Counted from the first letter of the stretch, positions 43,778 to 53,659 are shown. The stretch is 64,000 nucleotides of DNA from Prevotella sp. (GCA_024684515.1 JAIKWS010000085.1:7375-71374); one strand, 5' to 3'. Made by a program: numbers and translations. The notes: generated by a model from the sequence alone, not told the origin.

Positions 43778-43785
43778 TAACTTTG
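43778..43785 (+). promoter_or_regulatory. Candidate -7 box (TAACTTTG) for the helicase gene
   Basis: Overlaps the TTG start used by the ORF track, so the ATG at 43843 is preferred. Confidence 0.45.
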
Positions 43786-43842
43786 CATCATGATTTCATC
43801 CATACCGATGGGCAGCAGACTGCCACAACGATTGTAAGAGCC

Positions 43843-45282
43843 ATGATCAGCGACGAACTATCCTGGCGCATCAGCCAGCATTTCGGACATGTGCCCACCG
43901 AGGAACAGCAACGGGCCATCGACACCTTCGTCCGGTTTCTCACCGACCGCGAGTCTCATGCCTGCATGGTGCTGCGAGGATCTGCCGGCACTGGCAAGAC
44001 CACACTGGCAGCTGCCATCGTACGCACACTGGTGAGCCTGAAGCAGAAGCTCGTGCTGCTGTCACCGACAGGACGGGCGGCAAAGGTGTTCTCGCTCTAT
44101 GCCGGACTGCCGGCCTACACCATCCATCGTCGCATCTACCGTCAGCGGTCGGCAGGAGACCTGTCTGCATTCAACCTGAATGACAACCTCTACCACGACA
44201 CACTGTTCATCATCGACGAGGCATCGATGATTGCCAATGCCAGCAACGAGACCACCTTCGGGTCGGGCAACCTGCTCGACGACCTCATATATTACGTCTA
44301 TCATGGACAGAACTGCAGGATGATGATGATTGGCGACCGCGCACAGCTGCCACCCGTGGGTGAGGCGAGCAGTCCCGCTTTGTCTACCGAGGTGCTGCAG
44401 GGCTATGGACTGACCGTCTATGAATGCAACCTCACCAAGGTGCTGCGACAGAGTCAGGACTCGGGCATCCTCTTCAATGCCACACGCATCAGAGAGCACA
44501 ATCTGGACGGCGACACCATCACCCTGCCACAGATACGCTTCCAGGGCTTCACCGACATCGTGTGCGTCAGAGGCGATGAGCTGATAGAATCACTGGCATC
44601 GAGCTACAGCCACGTGGGACAGGACGAGACCATTGTGGTGACACGCAGCAACAAGCGGGCCAATATCTACAACCACGGCATACGCACACAGGTGCTGGAC
44701 CGTGAGGAAGAGCTGTGCCGTGGCGACCAGCTGATGATTGTAAAGAACAATTACTACTGGAACAATGTAGAGCCACGCAAGGACAACCCCCTACCCTTCC
44801 TGGCCAATGGCGACCACTGTGTGGTGGAACGCATCCGGCATATCCACGAGCTGTATGGCTTCCGTTTCGCCGACATCACCATGGTGCTGCCCGACTATGA
44901 CGACTACGAGCTCACGGCAACCGTGCTCCTCGACACCCTCACTACCGAGGCACCGGCACTGACACGCGAGCAGCAGAACCAGCTCTACAACCAGGTGATG
45001 GACGACTATGCCGACCTGCCACTGAAGCAAGACCGGATGAAGGCTCTACGCAACGATGCTCACTACAATGCCCTGCAGATCAAGCATGGCTATGCCGTCA
45101 CCTGCCATAAGGCACAGGGAGGACAGTGGGCACACGTCTATATCGACCAGGGATATATGACCGACGACATGCTCAATGACGACTACTATCACTGGCTATA
45201 CACCGCACTCACACGGGCCACGGAGAAGGTGTTCCTTGTGAACTGGCCTGCCACACAGACAGTAGGCGACAGCAACCAGTAA
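43843..45282 (+). CDS. RecD-like ATP-dependent DNA helicase (SF1)
   Basis: Walker A GSAGTGKTT, Walker B FIIDEASM and the late motif YAVTCHKAQGGQW. Confidence 0.75.
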   Translation: MISDELSWRISQHFGHVPTEEQQRAIDTFVRFLTDRESHACMVLRGSAGTGKTTLAAAIVRTLVSLKQKLVLLSPTGRAAKVFSLYAGLPAYTIHRRIYRQRSAGDLSAFNLNDNLYHDTLFIIDEASMIANASNETTFGSGNLLDDLIYYVYHGQNCRMMMIGDRAQLPPVGEASSPALSTEVLQGYGLTVYECNLTKVLRQSQDSGILFNATRIREHNLDGDTITLPQIRFQGFTDIVCVRGDELIESLASSYSHVGQDETIVVTRSNKRANIYNHGIRTQVLDREEELCRGDQLMIVKNNYYWNNVEPRKDNPLPFLANGDHCVVERIRHIHELYGFRFADITMVLPDYDDYELTATVLLDTLTTEAPALTREQQNQLYNQVMDDYADLPLKQDRMKALRNDAHYNALQIKHGYAVTCHKAQGGQWAHVYIDQGYMTDDMLNDDYYHWLYTALTRATEKVFLVNWPATQTVGDSNQ

Positions 45283-45845
45283 TGACTTTATCACCGACGA
45301 CAAACATGATGAACTACGAAGCTATCATCGACAAGTACTATCCTGAGGACGATGCCCTGCGTCGCCTTCTGATCACACACTCGCAGCAAGTGGCACTACG
45401 GTGCCTGGCCATTGCCGACAGACATCCTGAGCTCTCTCTTGACACGAGCTTTCTTCAGGAGGCTGCCATGCTGCACGACATCGGCATCAGATGGTGCCAT
45501 GCACCCACCATCTTCTGTGAGGGAACGGAGCCATACATCCGACATGGACTCATCGGGGGAGAAGTGCTGCGGCAGGAAGGACTGCTACGCCATGCCCGTG
45601 TCTGCGAACGGCACACGGGAACGGGCATCACACGCGAGCAGATAGTACGACAGCAGCTGCCATTACCACTCCACGACTACATACCCGAGACAATGGAAGA
45701 GCAGGTGGTATGCTATGCCGACAAGTTCTACTCCAAATCACGGCCTGAACGTATACTCAATGTGCAACAGGCAGCACGCAGCCTGTCCAAATTCGGACCC
45801 GAAGGGGTGGAAAAATTCCTAAACTGGTCAAAAAAATTTGAATAG
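45282..45845 (+). CDS. HD-domain phosphohydrolase
   Basis: 187 aa with a LHDIG motif. TAATG overlap with the helicase stop. Confidence 0.6.
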   Translation: MTLSPTTNMMNYEAIIDKYYPEDDALRRLLITHSQQVALRCLAIADRHPELSLDTSFLQEAAMLHDIGIRWCHAPTIFCEGTEPYIRHGLIGGEVLRQEGLLRHARVCERHTGTGITREQIVRQQLPLPLHDYIPETMEEQVVCYADKFYSKSRPERILNVQQAARSLSKFGPEGVEKFLNWSKKFE

Positions 45846-45891
45846 CTGCGTTAAACTATCGTAAACGGCACATTATTCGGGATTTTTGATG

Positions 45892-45899
45892 TAATTTTG
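45892..45899 (+). promoter_or_regulatory. Candidate -7 box (TAATTTTG)
   Basis: Lies only 5 nt before the GTG start at 45905, so either the box or the start assignment is uncertain. Confidence 0.3.
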
Positions 45900-45904
45900 C
45901 AGCC

Positions 45905-48900
45905 GTGAAACAGAAGACGGTCTCTTTGCTTTTCGTTCTAGCCTTCATCCTGATGTGGGCCTGCACACCGTCGTCACTGTTCAAGACCAGCAAGCAAACA
46001 GACCTGACCGCTATCACAGAGGCCATTCCCGCACCACCGGACAGCCATCCCGTCATCGCGGTGCAGACGCCCATGGACACCTCACCACTACTGGCTGTGG
46101 CACAAAACGACACCACACTCGACACCCTACAGGCCGTTGCAACAATGGACAGCATACTGGCCATCGCTGCACAAAACAGCATCGACGACTCCACACTACT
46201 GGCAAGCAGCCGGCACCAAGACAGCACCAGGGCTGCCGCCAGCGAAGCGGCCGCAGAGACCGTGAACGGCCAGGACAGCATCATCGAAGACACACTCTTG
46301 CCGGCAGGACAGCAGGCCAAGGCAGCACTGAAGCGAGACACCACACTGATGGACTCGCTCGAGCTCGCCATCTACAAATACAACAAAGTCATCGACGACT
46401 CCCTGCGCAAGGACTCACTGAACCGCAGGAAGAAGAACGGCATCGATGCACCTGTGGTCTTCTCGGCCAACGACTCCCTCATCTACGAGGCATCAACAGG
46501 CATGGCACACCTCTTTGGCAGCAGCCATGTGGAATATCAGAACATGGACCTGAAGAGCGACAAGATCTATATGTGCCTCGACTCGTCGCTCGTACATGCC
46601 ACCGGCTCTCGCGACTCACTGGACAAGATGTTCGGCACGCCGGTCTTCAAGATGGGAAGCGACGAATACCAGAGCGACACCATGGCCTTCAACTTCAAGT
46701 CCAAGAAAGGTCTCATCCAGCAGGTGTATACCGAGCAGGAGGATGGCTTCCTGACCGCAGAACAAGCTAAGCGGGGTGCCAATGGCGAACTCTTCCTGGG
46801 CAAGGGACGCTATACCACCTGCGACGACCCGCATCCCGACTTCTACATCGCCATGTCGAGGGCCAAGGTACGTCCCGGCAAGGATGTGGTGTTCGGACCT
46901 GCCTACCTCGTGGTGTGCGATGTGCCCATCCCACTGGCCGTGCCCTATGGCTTCTTCCCGTTCACCAAGAGCTATTCCTCTGGATTCATCATGCCCACCT
47001 ATGGCGATGAGACCGAACGGGGATTCTACCTGCGCGATGGGGGCTACTATTTCGCCATCAACGACAAGATGGACCTCAAGCTACTGGGCGAGATCTACAC
47101 AAAGGGCTCATGGGGCTTCAGTGCTGCCAGCAACTACCGCAAGCGATATCGCTTCAGCGGATCCGTCTTCGCCAGCTATCAGAACTCCATCACCGGCGAG
47201 AAAAACATGCCCGACTATGCCAGACAGACCAGTTTCAAGATACAGTGGAGCCACAGACAGGATGCCAAGGCCAACCCCTTCTCTAACCTCTCAGCATCCG
47301 TCAACTTCGCCACGAGCAGCTATGAGAAGAACAACCTGACATCGATGTACAACCCACAGACGATGACACAGTCCACACGCACATCATCCGTCAGCTACAG
47401 CACCAACTTCTCCAGCATAGGCATGAGCATCAGCACCACCATGAACCTGAGTCAGAACATGCGCGACTCTACCATCGCCATGACACTGCCCGACCTCAAC
47501 GTCAGCATCTCACGATTCTACCCCTTCAAGCGAAAGAAAATGGTGGGCAAGGAACGATGGTACGAGAAAATATCCATGAGCTATACCGGACATTTCTCCA
47601 ACAGCATCAACACCAAAGAAGACAAGCTCATGCACTCCAACCTCGTCAAGGACTGGAAGAACAACATGACACATAGCATACCCATCAGCGGCAACTTCTC
47701 CATACTGGGATACATCAACGTGAACCCATCGTTCAACTTCAGCGACAAGACACTCACCAACCGTGTCATGCGATCGTGGGACGAGCAGACACAGACAGAG
47801 GTCGCCGACACCACCTATGGCTTCTACAACGTCTACAACTGGAACCTCTCACTGTCGGCATCGACAAAGCTATACGGCTTCTATATCCCCTCACGCAAGC
47901 TCTTTGGCGACAAGATAGACCGCATACGACACGTCTTCACACCTACCGTCAGCCTCAGCTATGCACCCGACTTCGGAACCAGCCGATATGGCTACTACCG
48001 CACCTATCAGAAGACAGATGCCGAGGGCAACGTGTCGATGGTCGAATACACACCCTACCAGGGATACGCACCTGGCAAGGGAAAGACAGGAAGCATCAAC
48101 TTCGACATGTCCAACAACATAGAGATGCGGGTCAGGACAGAGGAAGACACCACTGGCGTGGATAGCAAGATCATCAGCATCATCGACGAGCTGGGAGCAA
48201 CGATGTCGTACAATATGGCAGCAAAGGTCAGACCACTGAGCGACCTCAGCACACGCATACGACTGAAACTCACCAAGAGCTACACCTTCAACCTCAATGC
48301 CGTCTTCGCCAGCTATGTCTACGAAGCCGACTCCGTGGGAGCGACACCAAGGCTCAGCGAGCATCAGACTTACTGGGGACTGGGCAAGATAGGACGATTC
48401 CAGGGCATGTCGCAAAACCTCTCCTACACCCTGAGCAACGACAAGATTGCCGACATCATCAAATGGCTCAAGGGTGAGAAGCGGAAGAAGAAAGACGACG
48501 ACAGGAAACCGGACAACGAAGACGACGAGAACGAGGTAGACACCAATGTAGACCGCGAACTCGAACAGGGCAAGCATGGGGCAGAACGTAAGAATGCCGG
48601 AAAGGCAGGCACCGACGAGGACGGATACATGGACTTCTCACTGCCATGGTCACTCAGCTTCGGATATGGCATCACCATGACCGAGGACAACAATGTGAAA
48701 AGGTTCAACTACAACACCATGCGCTATCCCTATAAGTTCACGCAGAACCTCAATATCAGTGGAAACATACGCATCTCCGACGGATGGAACATCTCCTTCT
48801 CCTCAGGCTATGACTTCGAGAACAAGAAGATATCCATGACCACAGCCTCCCTCTCTCGCGACCTGCACTGCTTCAACATGTCGTGCTCCGTGGTCCTCGC

Positions 48901-49009
48901 CCCCTACACCAGCTACAACTTCTCCTTCCGTTGCAACGCCTCCACACTCACCGATGCCCTGAAATACGACAAGCGGTCCAGCTACTCCAACTCCGTGCAG
49001 TGGTATTGA
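45905..49009 (+). CDS. lptD: LptD/OstA-like outer-membrane LPS-assembly protein (1034 aa)
   Basis: Signal MKQKTVSLLFVLAFILMWAC. OstA-like N-terminal region VFSANDSLIYEASTGMAHLFGSSHVEYQNMDLKSDKIYM. Long beta-rich C-terminus ending in an aromatic residue (...SVQWY). Carries a ~150-aa low-complexity N-terminal insert and a charged loop KRKKKDDDRKPDNEDDENE. Confidence 0.55.
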   Translation: MKQKTVSLLFVLAFILMWACTPSSLFKTSKQTDLTAITEAIPAPPDSHPVIAVQTPMDTSPLLAVAQNDTTLDTLQAVATMDSILAIAAQNSIDDSTLLASSRHQDSTRAAASEAAAETVNGQDSIIEDTLLPAGQQAKAALKRDTTLMDSLELAIYKYNKVIDDSLRKDSLNRRKKNGIDAPVVFSANDSLIYEASTGMAHLFGSSHVEYQNMDLKSDKIYMCLDSSLVHATGSRDSLDKMFGTPVFKMGSDEYQSDTMAFNFKSKKGLIQQVYTEQEDGFLTAEQAKRGANGELFLGKGRYTTCDDPHPDFYIAMSRAKVRPGKDVVFGPAYLVVCDVPIPLAVPYGFFPFTKSYSSGFIMPTYGDETERGFYLRDGGYYFAINDKMDLKLLGEIYTKGSWGFSAASNYRKRYRFSGSVFASYQNSITGEKNMPDYARQTSFKIQWSHRQDAKANPFSNLSASVNFATSSYEKNNLTSMYNPQTMTQSTRTSSVSYSTNFSSIGMSISTTMNLSQNMRDSTIAMTLPDLNVSISRFYPFKRKKMVGKERWYEKISMSYTGHFSNSINTKEDKLMHSNLVKDWKNNMTHSIPISGNFSILGYINVNPSFNFSDKTLTNRVMRSWDEQTQTEVADTTYGFYNVYNWNLSLSASTKLYGFYIPSRKLFGDKIDRIRHVFTPTVSLSYAPDFGTSRYGYYRTYQKTDAEGNVSMVEYTPYQGYAPGKGKTGSINFDMSNNIEMRVRTEEDTTGVDSKIISIIDELGATMSYNMAAKVRPLSDLSTRIRLKLTKSYTFNLNAVFASYVYEADSVGATPRLSEHQTYWGLGKIGRFQGMSQNLSYTLSNDKIADIIKWLKGEKRKKKDDDRKPDNEDDENEVDTNVDRELEQGKHGAERKNAGKAGTDEDGYMDFSLPWSLSFGYGITMTEDNNVKRFNYNTMRYPYKFTQNLNISGNIRISDGWNISFSSGYDFENKKISMTTASLSRDLHCFNMSCSVVLAPYTSYNFSFRCNASTLTDALKYDKRSSYSNSVQWY

Positions 49010-49080
49010 CCATACCACAAAACCGTCATGTCATCCCATCCCAACACCGACGGCAATATCGAAACAGCCCTTCCCATTTC

Positions 49081-49159
49081 CCTTTGACCTTTGACCTTTG
49101 ACCTCAGCCCTCAGCCCTTTGACCTCAGACCTCAGCCCTTTGACCTCAGCCCTTTGACC
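49081..49159. repeat. Interleaved tandem octamers (CCTTTGAC / CTCAGCC(C))
   Basis: Read directly: cctttgacctttgacctttgacctcagccctcagccctttgacctcagacctcagccctttgacctcagccctttgacc. Confidence 0.9.
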
Positions 49160-49308
49160 TTCCAATTTGTCTGGAATCGCAAATTTCTCTTTTTCCCTTT
49201 TTCCCTTTTTCTCTTTAACATTTTAACATTTCAAAGCTTCTTCTTTAGATTCCGAAAAAATCCGGAAAACCGAAAAGCCCGAAAATTTTCGTTTTTTCCA
49301 ATACATTA

Positions 49309-49414
49309 AACGTCGCGGGGAAATCTGAGAACATCGAAAAGCCCGAAAGTCACGAAAATCTCTTTACTATCCTTGGAACGTCGCGGGGAAATCAGAGAAC
49401 ATCAAAAAGCCCGA
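49309..49414. repeat. Two 38-bp direct repeats 68 bp apart, plus a degenerate third partial copy upstream
   Basis: AACGTCGCGGGGAAATC(T/A)GAGAACATC(G/A)AAAAGCCCGA occurs at 49309-49346 and 49377-49414. CGAAAAGCCCGAAA also occurs near 49272. Confidence 0.85.
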
Positions 49415-49463
49415 GCGAAATGGAAAAATGGAAAATGGAAATTTGATGTTTTTGCAAAATGTT

Positions 49464-49539
49464 CTTTTAGTCGAGCTTAGTTCTTTGTAAAAGCGGCAAG
49501 CCGATTACTTTTAGTCGAGCCTAGCTCTTGGTAAAAGCG
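49464..49539. repeat. Two 32-bp direct repeats 44 bp apart
   Basis: CTTTTAGTCGAGC(T/C)TAG(T/C)TCTT(T/G)GTAAAAGCG occurs at 49464-49495 and 49508-49539. Confidence 0.85.
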
Positions 49540-49632
49540 AAACAAGCTCGAGCGAAAAAGCGAAAAAGGGAAGCGAAAAAGAGGAAAGAGAAATCTGGGA
49601 AAGGAGCCCTTGGTTCTTTTTGGCAAACAAGA

Positions 49633-49664
49633 AGATGGTGTGCCAAATGATCGACACACCATCT
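49633..49664 (-). terminator. Hairpin downstream of the MFS transporter gene
   Basis: 10-bp stem AGATGGTGTG/CACACCATCT with a 12-nt loop, about 22 nt after the stop at 49687-49689. The flank is moderately U-rich on the minus strand. Confidence 0.5.
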
Positions 49665-49686
49665 CTTATCATATATGAATAAAGGT

Positions 49687-51099
49687 CTAGTCAACCACGA
49701 TGGGCTTGTACTTGGGCACTAGTGACTTCATGATGACCCAGCCAATGAGATAGGCCACGGCACAGATGCAGAATACAATCATGTAGGCAGCTGGCTTGCC
49801 GTCGAAGCCGAAGAACGAGAAAGCATCTCCCTGCCCCTCTGCCCATGCGAAGAACGAGCCGGAGCCCTTGTTGATGGCAAACGAGCCAAGACCACCGGCC
49901 ATAGAGCCAATGCCCGTGATGGTGCCAATGGTGCTCTTGGGGAACATGTCGCCAATGGTCGAGAAGAGGTTGGCCGACCATGCCTGGTGACCGGCACCCA
50001 GCAGACCAATCAGAATGGCTGGCCACCAGGCACTATAGGCACCCAGAGGCTGTGCCAGCAGGCCCAGCAGGGGGAAGCAGGCAAAGATGAGCATGGCACG
50101 CATCCTGCCCAGATAGGGATTCATGCCTTTCTTCTCAACGAAATAGGTTGGCAGATAGCCACCACCGATGCTCAGTACCGTCACGATGAGATAAAGGGTG
50201 AGGATGAGCAGGATGCCCATGGCAGAGTCGCTGGTATAGCCATACTGATCGCTGAAATAGGCTGGTGCCCAGAACAGGAAGAACCACCACACACCATCGG
50301 TCATGAACTTGCCGACGATGAACGACCAGGTCTGCTTGTACTTGAAGCACTGCCAGAACGGAATGGTCTTCTCCTCCTTGACATTCTCACGATCCTGTAC
50401 GCCGGCGATGTCATTGTCCTGTTCAATGTAGTTCAGCTCAGCCTGATTGACACGCTTGTTGCGGGCAGGCTTGTCATAGAGCCATATCCACAGGCCCATC
50501 CACACGAAGCCCAGGGCACCGATGACGATGAATGCCATCTCCCATCCCCAGGCACGTGCCAACAGGGGAATGGTGGCAGGAGCAGCGAGGGCACCCACGG
50601 AGGCACCGCTATTGAAGATGGAAGTGGAGAAGGCACGGTCTTTCTTGGGGAAGTACTCGGCCGTCACCTTGATGGCAGCGGGGAAGTTGCCTGCCTCACC
50701 AACAGCAAGAATGAGACGACAAGCCAGGAACAGCCATACCGACACTGTGGTCAATGCGACGATGCTGCCTCCGGCGATGCCTATGGCCGCCCATCCACAG
50801 AAGGCATGCAGGCAGGCACCTACCGACCATACGAAGATGGCGATAAGATAGCCCTTCTTGGTGCCCATCCAGTCGATGAACTTTCCTGCAAAGAGGTTGG
50901 CCACGGCATAGAAGATGGAGAACAGACCGGTGATGGTGCCATAATGGTCGTCGGTCCAGTGGAAGTCGGGTGCAATAAAGTCTTTCCACGTCAGCGACAA
51001 TACCTGACGGTCCATATAGTTGATCGTGGTTGCCAGGAACAGCAGGCCACAGATGACCCAACGGAAGTTGGACATTTTAACGGTTTGAACGGGTGTCAT
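49687..51099 (-). CDS. MFS transporter, hexuronate (ExuT/ACS-family)-like
   Basis: 470 aa with about 12 hydrophobic segments. The N-terminus FRWVICGLLFLATTINYMDRQVLSL is typical of ACS-family MFS transporters. It follows kduI in the same operon. The start may be Met9 (MSNFRW). Confidence 0.7.
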   Translation of the reverse strand: MTPVQTVKMSNFRWVICGLLFLATTINYMDRQVLSLTWKDFIAPDFHWTDDHYGTITGLFSIFYAVANLFAGKFIDWMGTKKGYLIAIFVWSVGACLHAFCGWAAIGIAGGSIVALTTVSVWLFLACRLILAVGEAGNFPAAIKVTAEYFPKKDRAFSTSIFNSGASVGALAAPATIPLLARAWGWEMAFIVIGALGFVWMGLWIWLYDKPARNKRVNQAELNYIEQDNDIAGVQDRENVKEEKTIPFWQCFKYKQTWSFIVGKFMTDGVWWFFLFWAPAYFSDQYGYTSDSAMGILLILTLYLIVTVLSIGGGYLPTYFVEKKGMNPYLGRMRAMLIFACFPLLGLLAQPLGAYSAWWPAILIGLLGAGHQAWSANLFSTIGDMFPKSTIGTITGIGSMAGGLGSFAINKGSGSFFAWAEGQGDAFSFFGFDGKPAAYMIVFCICAVAYLIGWVIMKSLVPKYKPIVVD

Positions 51100-51101
51100 G
51101 G

Positions 51102-52076
51102 TTACTTGATGTCTATTACGGGAATATTGTCTTTATCGTTATAGTAGAGGTTCTCACCTGCCATACCCCAGATGAAGGTATAGTAGTAGGTGCCTGCAGC
51201 AGCATGCATGGACCACTCTGGCGACATGATGGCCTGCTCATTGTGCAGCCATACGACCCGGCTCTCCTGGGGCTCACCCATGATATGTGCGATGGTCTGC
51301 TCCTGAGGGAGGTTGAAATAATAGTAGGCCTCGATGCGACGTCCGTGCACGTGAGGAGGCATCGTGTTCCAGGCAGCACCGGGATTCAGCTGTGTGAGAC
51401 CGAGCTGCAGCTGACAGGGTCCTTCCTCGAGCACATCGTTGACGATGAGCTTGTACACCGTGCGGTTGTTGCACTCCTCCAACGATCCCACAGGTCCCCA
51501 TACGGCAGCCTTCAGCGAGCCCTTGCGACCATCGAGTGTTATCCACTGTGTCTTGTAGTGCTGGTGGGCAGTGGCTGAGTTGAGGTAGAACTTGGCTGGG
51601 TTGGCGGCATCCTTCGACCGGAAGAGGACCTCCTTGTTGACATCCTTGTCCTTGCCAATATGTCCACGACCGATATAGAGGGCCTCCTTGGGAGCCAGTG
51701 CATACTCCTTGCCATCGACGATGACCACACCATCGCCCTGTCCGCAGTTCACGACACCCAACTCGCGATTGTAGAGGAAATACTTCTCCTTGATGCCGGG
51801 ATCGACATCCAGTCCGAGCTCGAGGAAGTTCTCCAGCTTCAGGGTCTTGTTGACCGGCATGGCACCGCCAAAGATGAAGCGGTCGTAATGCGAATAGGTG
51901 AGATTGATCTCGTCAGCCACCATCACCTTCTCCATGACGAAGCGTTCGCGCAACATCTTGGTGTCGTAGTGTTTCACATCCTCTGGATGGCAGGCTGTCT
52001 GAAAGTTCACATGCTGCTGAGCCGAGGCCGTGAGTGCCACGACCAGCATAGCAGCTGAAAGAAGTGCTTTTTTCAT
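51102..52076 (-). CDS. kduI: 5-dehydro-4-deoxy-D-glucuronate isomerase with an N-terminal signal peptide
   Basis: Collinear with recalled E. coli KduI motifs: [79 protein letters not shown] and [11 protein letters not shown]. It is preceded by [21 protein letters not shown]. Confidence 0.85.
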   Translation of the reverse strand: MKKALLSAAMLVVALTASAQQHVNFQTACHPEDVKHYDTKMLRERFVMEKVMVADEINLTYSHYDRFIFGGAMPVNKTLKLENFLELGLDVDPGIKEKYFLYNRELGVVNCGQGDGVVIVDGKEYALAPKEALYIGRGHIGKDKDVNKEVLFRSKDAANPAKFYLNSATAHQHYKTQWITLDGRKGSLKAAVWGPVGSLEECNNRTVYKLIVNDVLEEGPCQLQLGLTQLNPGAAWNTMPPHVHGRRIEAYYYFNLPQEQTIAHIMGEPQESRVVWLHNEQAIMSPEWSMHAAAGTYYYTFIWGMAGENLYYNDKDNIPVIDIK

Positions 52077-52115
52077 ATCGTTTTGATGATTATAAATGAT
52101 TAGTTCTGAAAGATG

Positions 52116-53549
52116 CTATTTTGACTGTTTCTCCTCTGCCACGATGCGACGACGGTTGAGATAGACCATCACCACGGTGATGCCGCTGAGCAGTCCCATG
52201 CCCACCCACTGCAGGTTGTTGACGCACTTGTAGATGCACCATCCGATGAGTGACGAGGCAAAGTCGAGGGCACCGGCATAGTTGCCTTCCGGCACCCTGG
52301 CAGCGGCATCCTGTGTGGCTAGGAACACCTCGTGGGCTGCCTCGGTGAAGGCAGGTGCCATGTCGGTGACAAAGTAGAGACCGATGGTGAGTGCCACCAG
52401 GCCAACGATGAATGTCTTCACCACATTACCCTTGGTATAGGGGAGCACAATGGGGAAGAGATAGAACATACCCGCCAGCGATGCCAGTGGCAGGAACTGG
52501 TTGCCAGGCAGGAACACGGCCAGCACGATGCTGACAGGGATGAGCAACAGGCTGACAACGAGTGTGGTGGGATGGCCGATGACAAGAGCCGGCGACATGC
52601 CAATGTACACCTTCTTACCCTTGAACTTCCTAGCCACCACATCCTTCGTCTTCTCCGAGATAGGCATGAGGCCATCGATGAACAGCTTGGTGATACGGGG
52701 GATGAGCTCCATGACAGCACCCATGGTAACCCCCAGGAAGAGGACACTCTTGACGATGCTCATCACGGCATCGGTACTGGATTCGAAGCCTGCAGCATAG
52801 GCAGGGAAATCGAGGAAGTGATCCCAGTGGGCCAGAGCACCAATGAGAGCCCCCACGATGACACCCAGGACGATAGGCTCTCCGAGCACACCGAACTTCT
52901 TCTTCAGTCCCTCGGCATCGATGTCCAGCTTTGAGAATCCCGGAATCTTGTCCAGGAGCCAGTTGATGGCAATGGCAAAGGGTGTGAAGCTCTGGCAGAA
53001 CGGCTGCGGGATGCTGATGCCGTCGAGGTCCTTGTAATATCCCTGGAACTTGTCGGCAGTCATATCGGCCATGACCAGTGTGATGATATAGCAGACGATG
53101 GCGGCAAAATAGCCCCACATCATGCTGTGGTCCATGACGAAATAGGCTACTGCCCCAATAAATGCGAAGTGCCAATAGTTCCACAGGTCGATGTTCACCG
53201 TCCGTGTACACTTAGTAATCAGCAACAGGAAATTGATGCCCAGGCAGATCGGGATGATCAGAGCCCCCACGGCCGTGTTGTAAGCCACGGATGCCGCTGC
53301 CGGCCATCCCATGTCGAAGACCTTCAGATCGAGGTCGAAGATCTTTGACACCGCCTTCAGCGGTGCATCGAAATTGTTTGTCAGCAAAGCAGTGACAATG
53401 CCCAGACCCACGAAGCCGACACCCACATAGAGACCACTCTTGAGTGACTTGCCGAACTTCATACCAATGCACACACCAATAATCGTGAAGAGGATCGGCA
53501 TCATGACCGAGGCTCCAAAACTGATGATGTAACTAAAAACTTGCTCCAT
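52116..53549 (-). CDS. PTS EIIC-type permease (GatC/SgcC family), orphan
   Basis: 477 aa polytopic protein. The N-terminus ISFGASVMMPILFTIIGVCIGMKFGKSLKSGLYVGVGFVGLG resembles the recalled GatC N-terminus. No EIIA, EIIB, HPr or EI genes are present in the window. Confidence 0.65.
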   Translation of the reverse strand: MEQVFSYIISFGASVMMPILFTIIGVCIGMKFGKSLKSGLYVGVGFVGLGIVTALLTNNFDAPLKAVSKIFDLDLKVFDMGWPAAASVAYNTAVGALIIPICLGINFLLLITKCTRTVNIDLWNYWHFAFIGAVAYFVMDHSMMWGYFAAIVCYIITLVMADMTADKFQGYYKDLDGISIPQPFCQSFTPFAIAINWLLDKIPGFSKLDIDAEGLKKKFGVLGEPIVLGVIVGALIGALAHWDHFLDFPAYAAGFESSTDAVMSIVKSVLFLGVTMGAVMELIPRITKLFIDGLMPISEKTKDVVARKFKGKKVYIGMSPALVIGHPTTLVVSLLLIPVSIVLAVFLPGNQFLPLASLAGMFYLFPIVLPYTKGNVVKTFIVGLVALTIGLYFVTDMAPAFTEAAHEVFLATQDAAARVPEGNYAGALDFASSLIGWCIYKCVNNLQWVGMGLLSGITVVMVYLNRRRIVAEEKQSK

Positions 53550-53583
53550 TGTATTTATATGTTTGTTTCAGCGTAGTTTGGTG

Positions 53584-53591
53584 CAAAGGTA
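53584..53591 (-). promoter_or_regulatory. Candidate -7 box (TACCTTTG) for the EIIC-kduI-MFS operon
   Basis: TAnnTTTG on the minus strand, 35 nt upstream of the ATG at 53549. Confidence 0.45.
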
Positions 53592-53593
53592 CG

Positions 53594-53632
53594 AAAAAAG
53601 TAGCGAAGAGCCAACTTTTCGCTACTTTTTTT
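53594..53632 (-). terminator. Bidirectional intrinsic-terminator-like hairpin after murF-alr
   Basis: 8-bp stem GTAGCGAA/TTCGCTAC with a 10-nt loop, flanked by an A run on the left and a T run on the right, so a U tract follows the hairpin on either strand. Confidence 0.6.
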
Positions 53633-53659
53633 CACCTTTATATCAAAAGATGTAGCATT

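Noticed and set aside
49270-49414. Possible mini-CRISPR: 38-bp direct repeats separated by ~30-bp unique spacers.
   Set aside because: There are only two good copies plus one degenerate copy. The repeats are A-rich and low in complexity. They are embedded among several other unrelated repeat families. No cas genes or leader-like organisation are present in the window.
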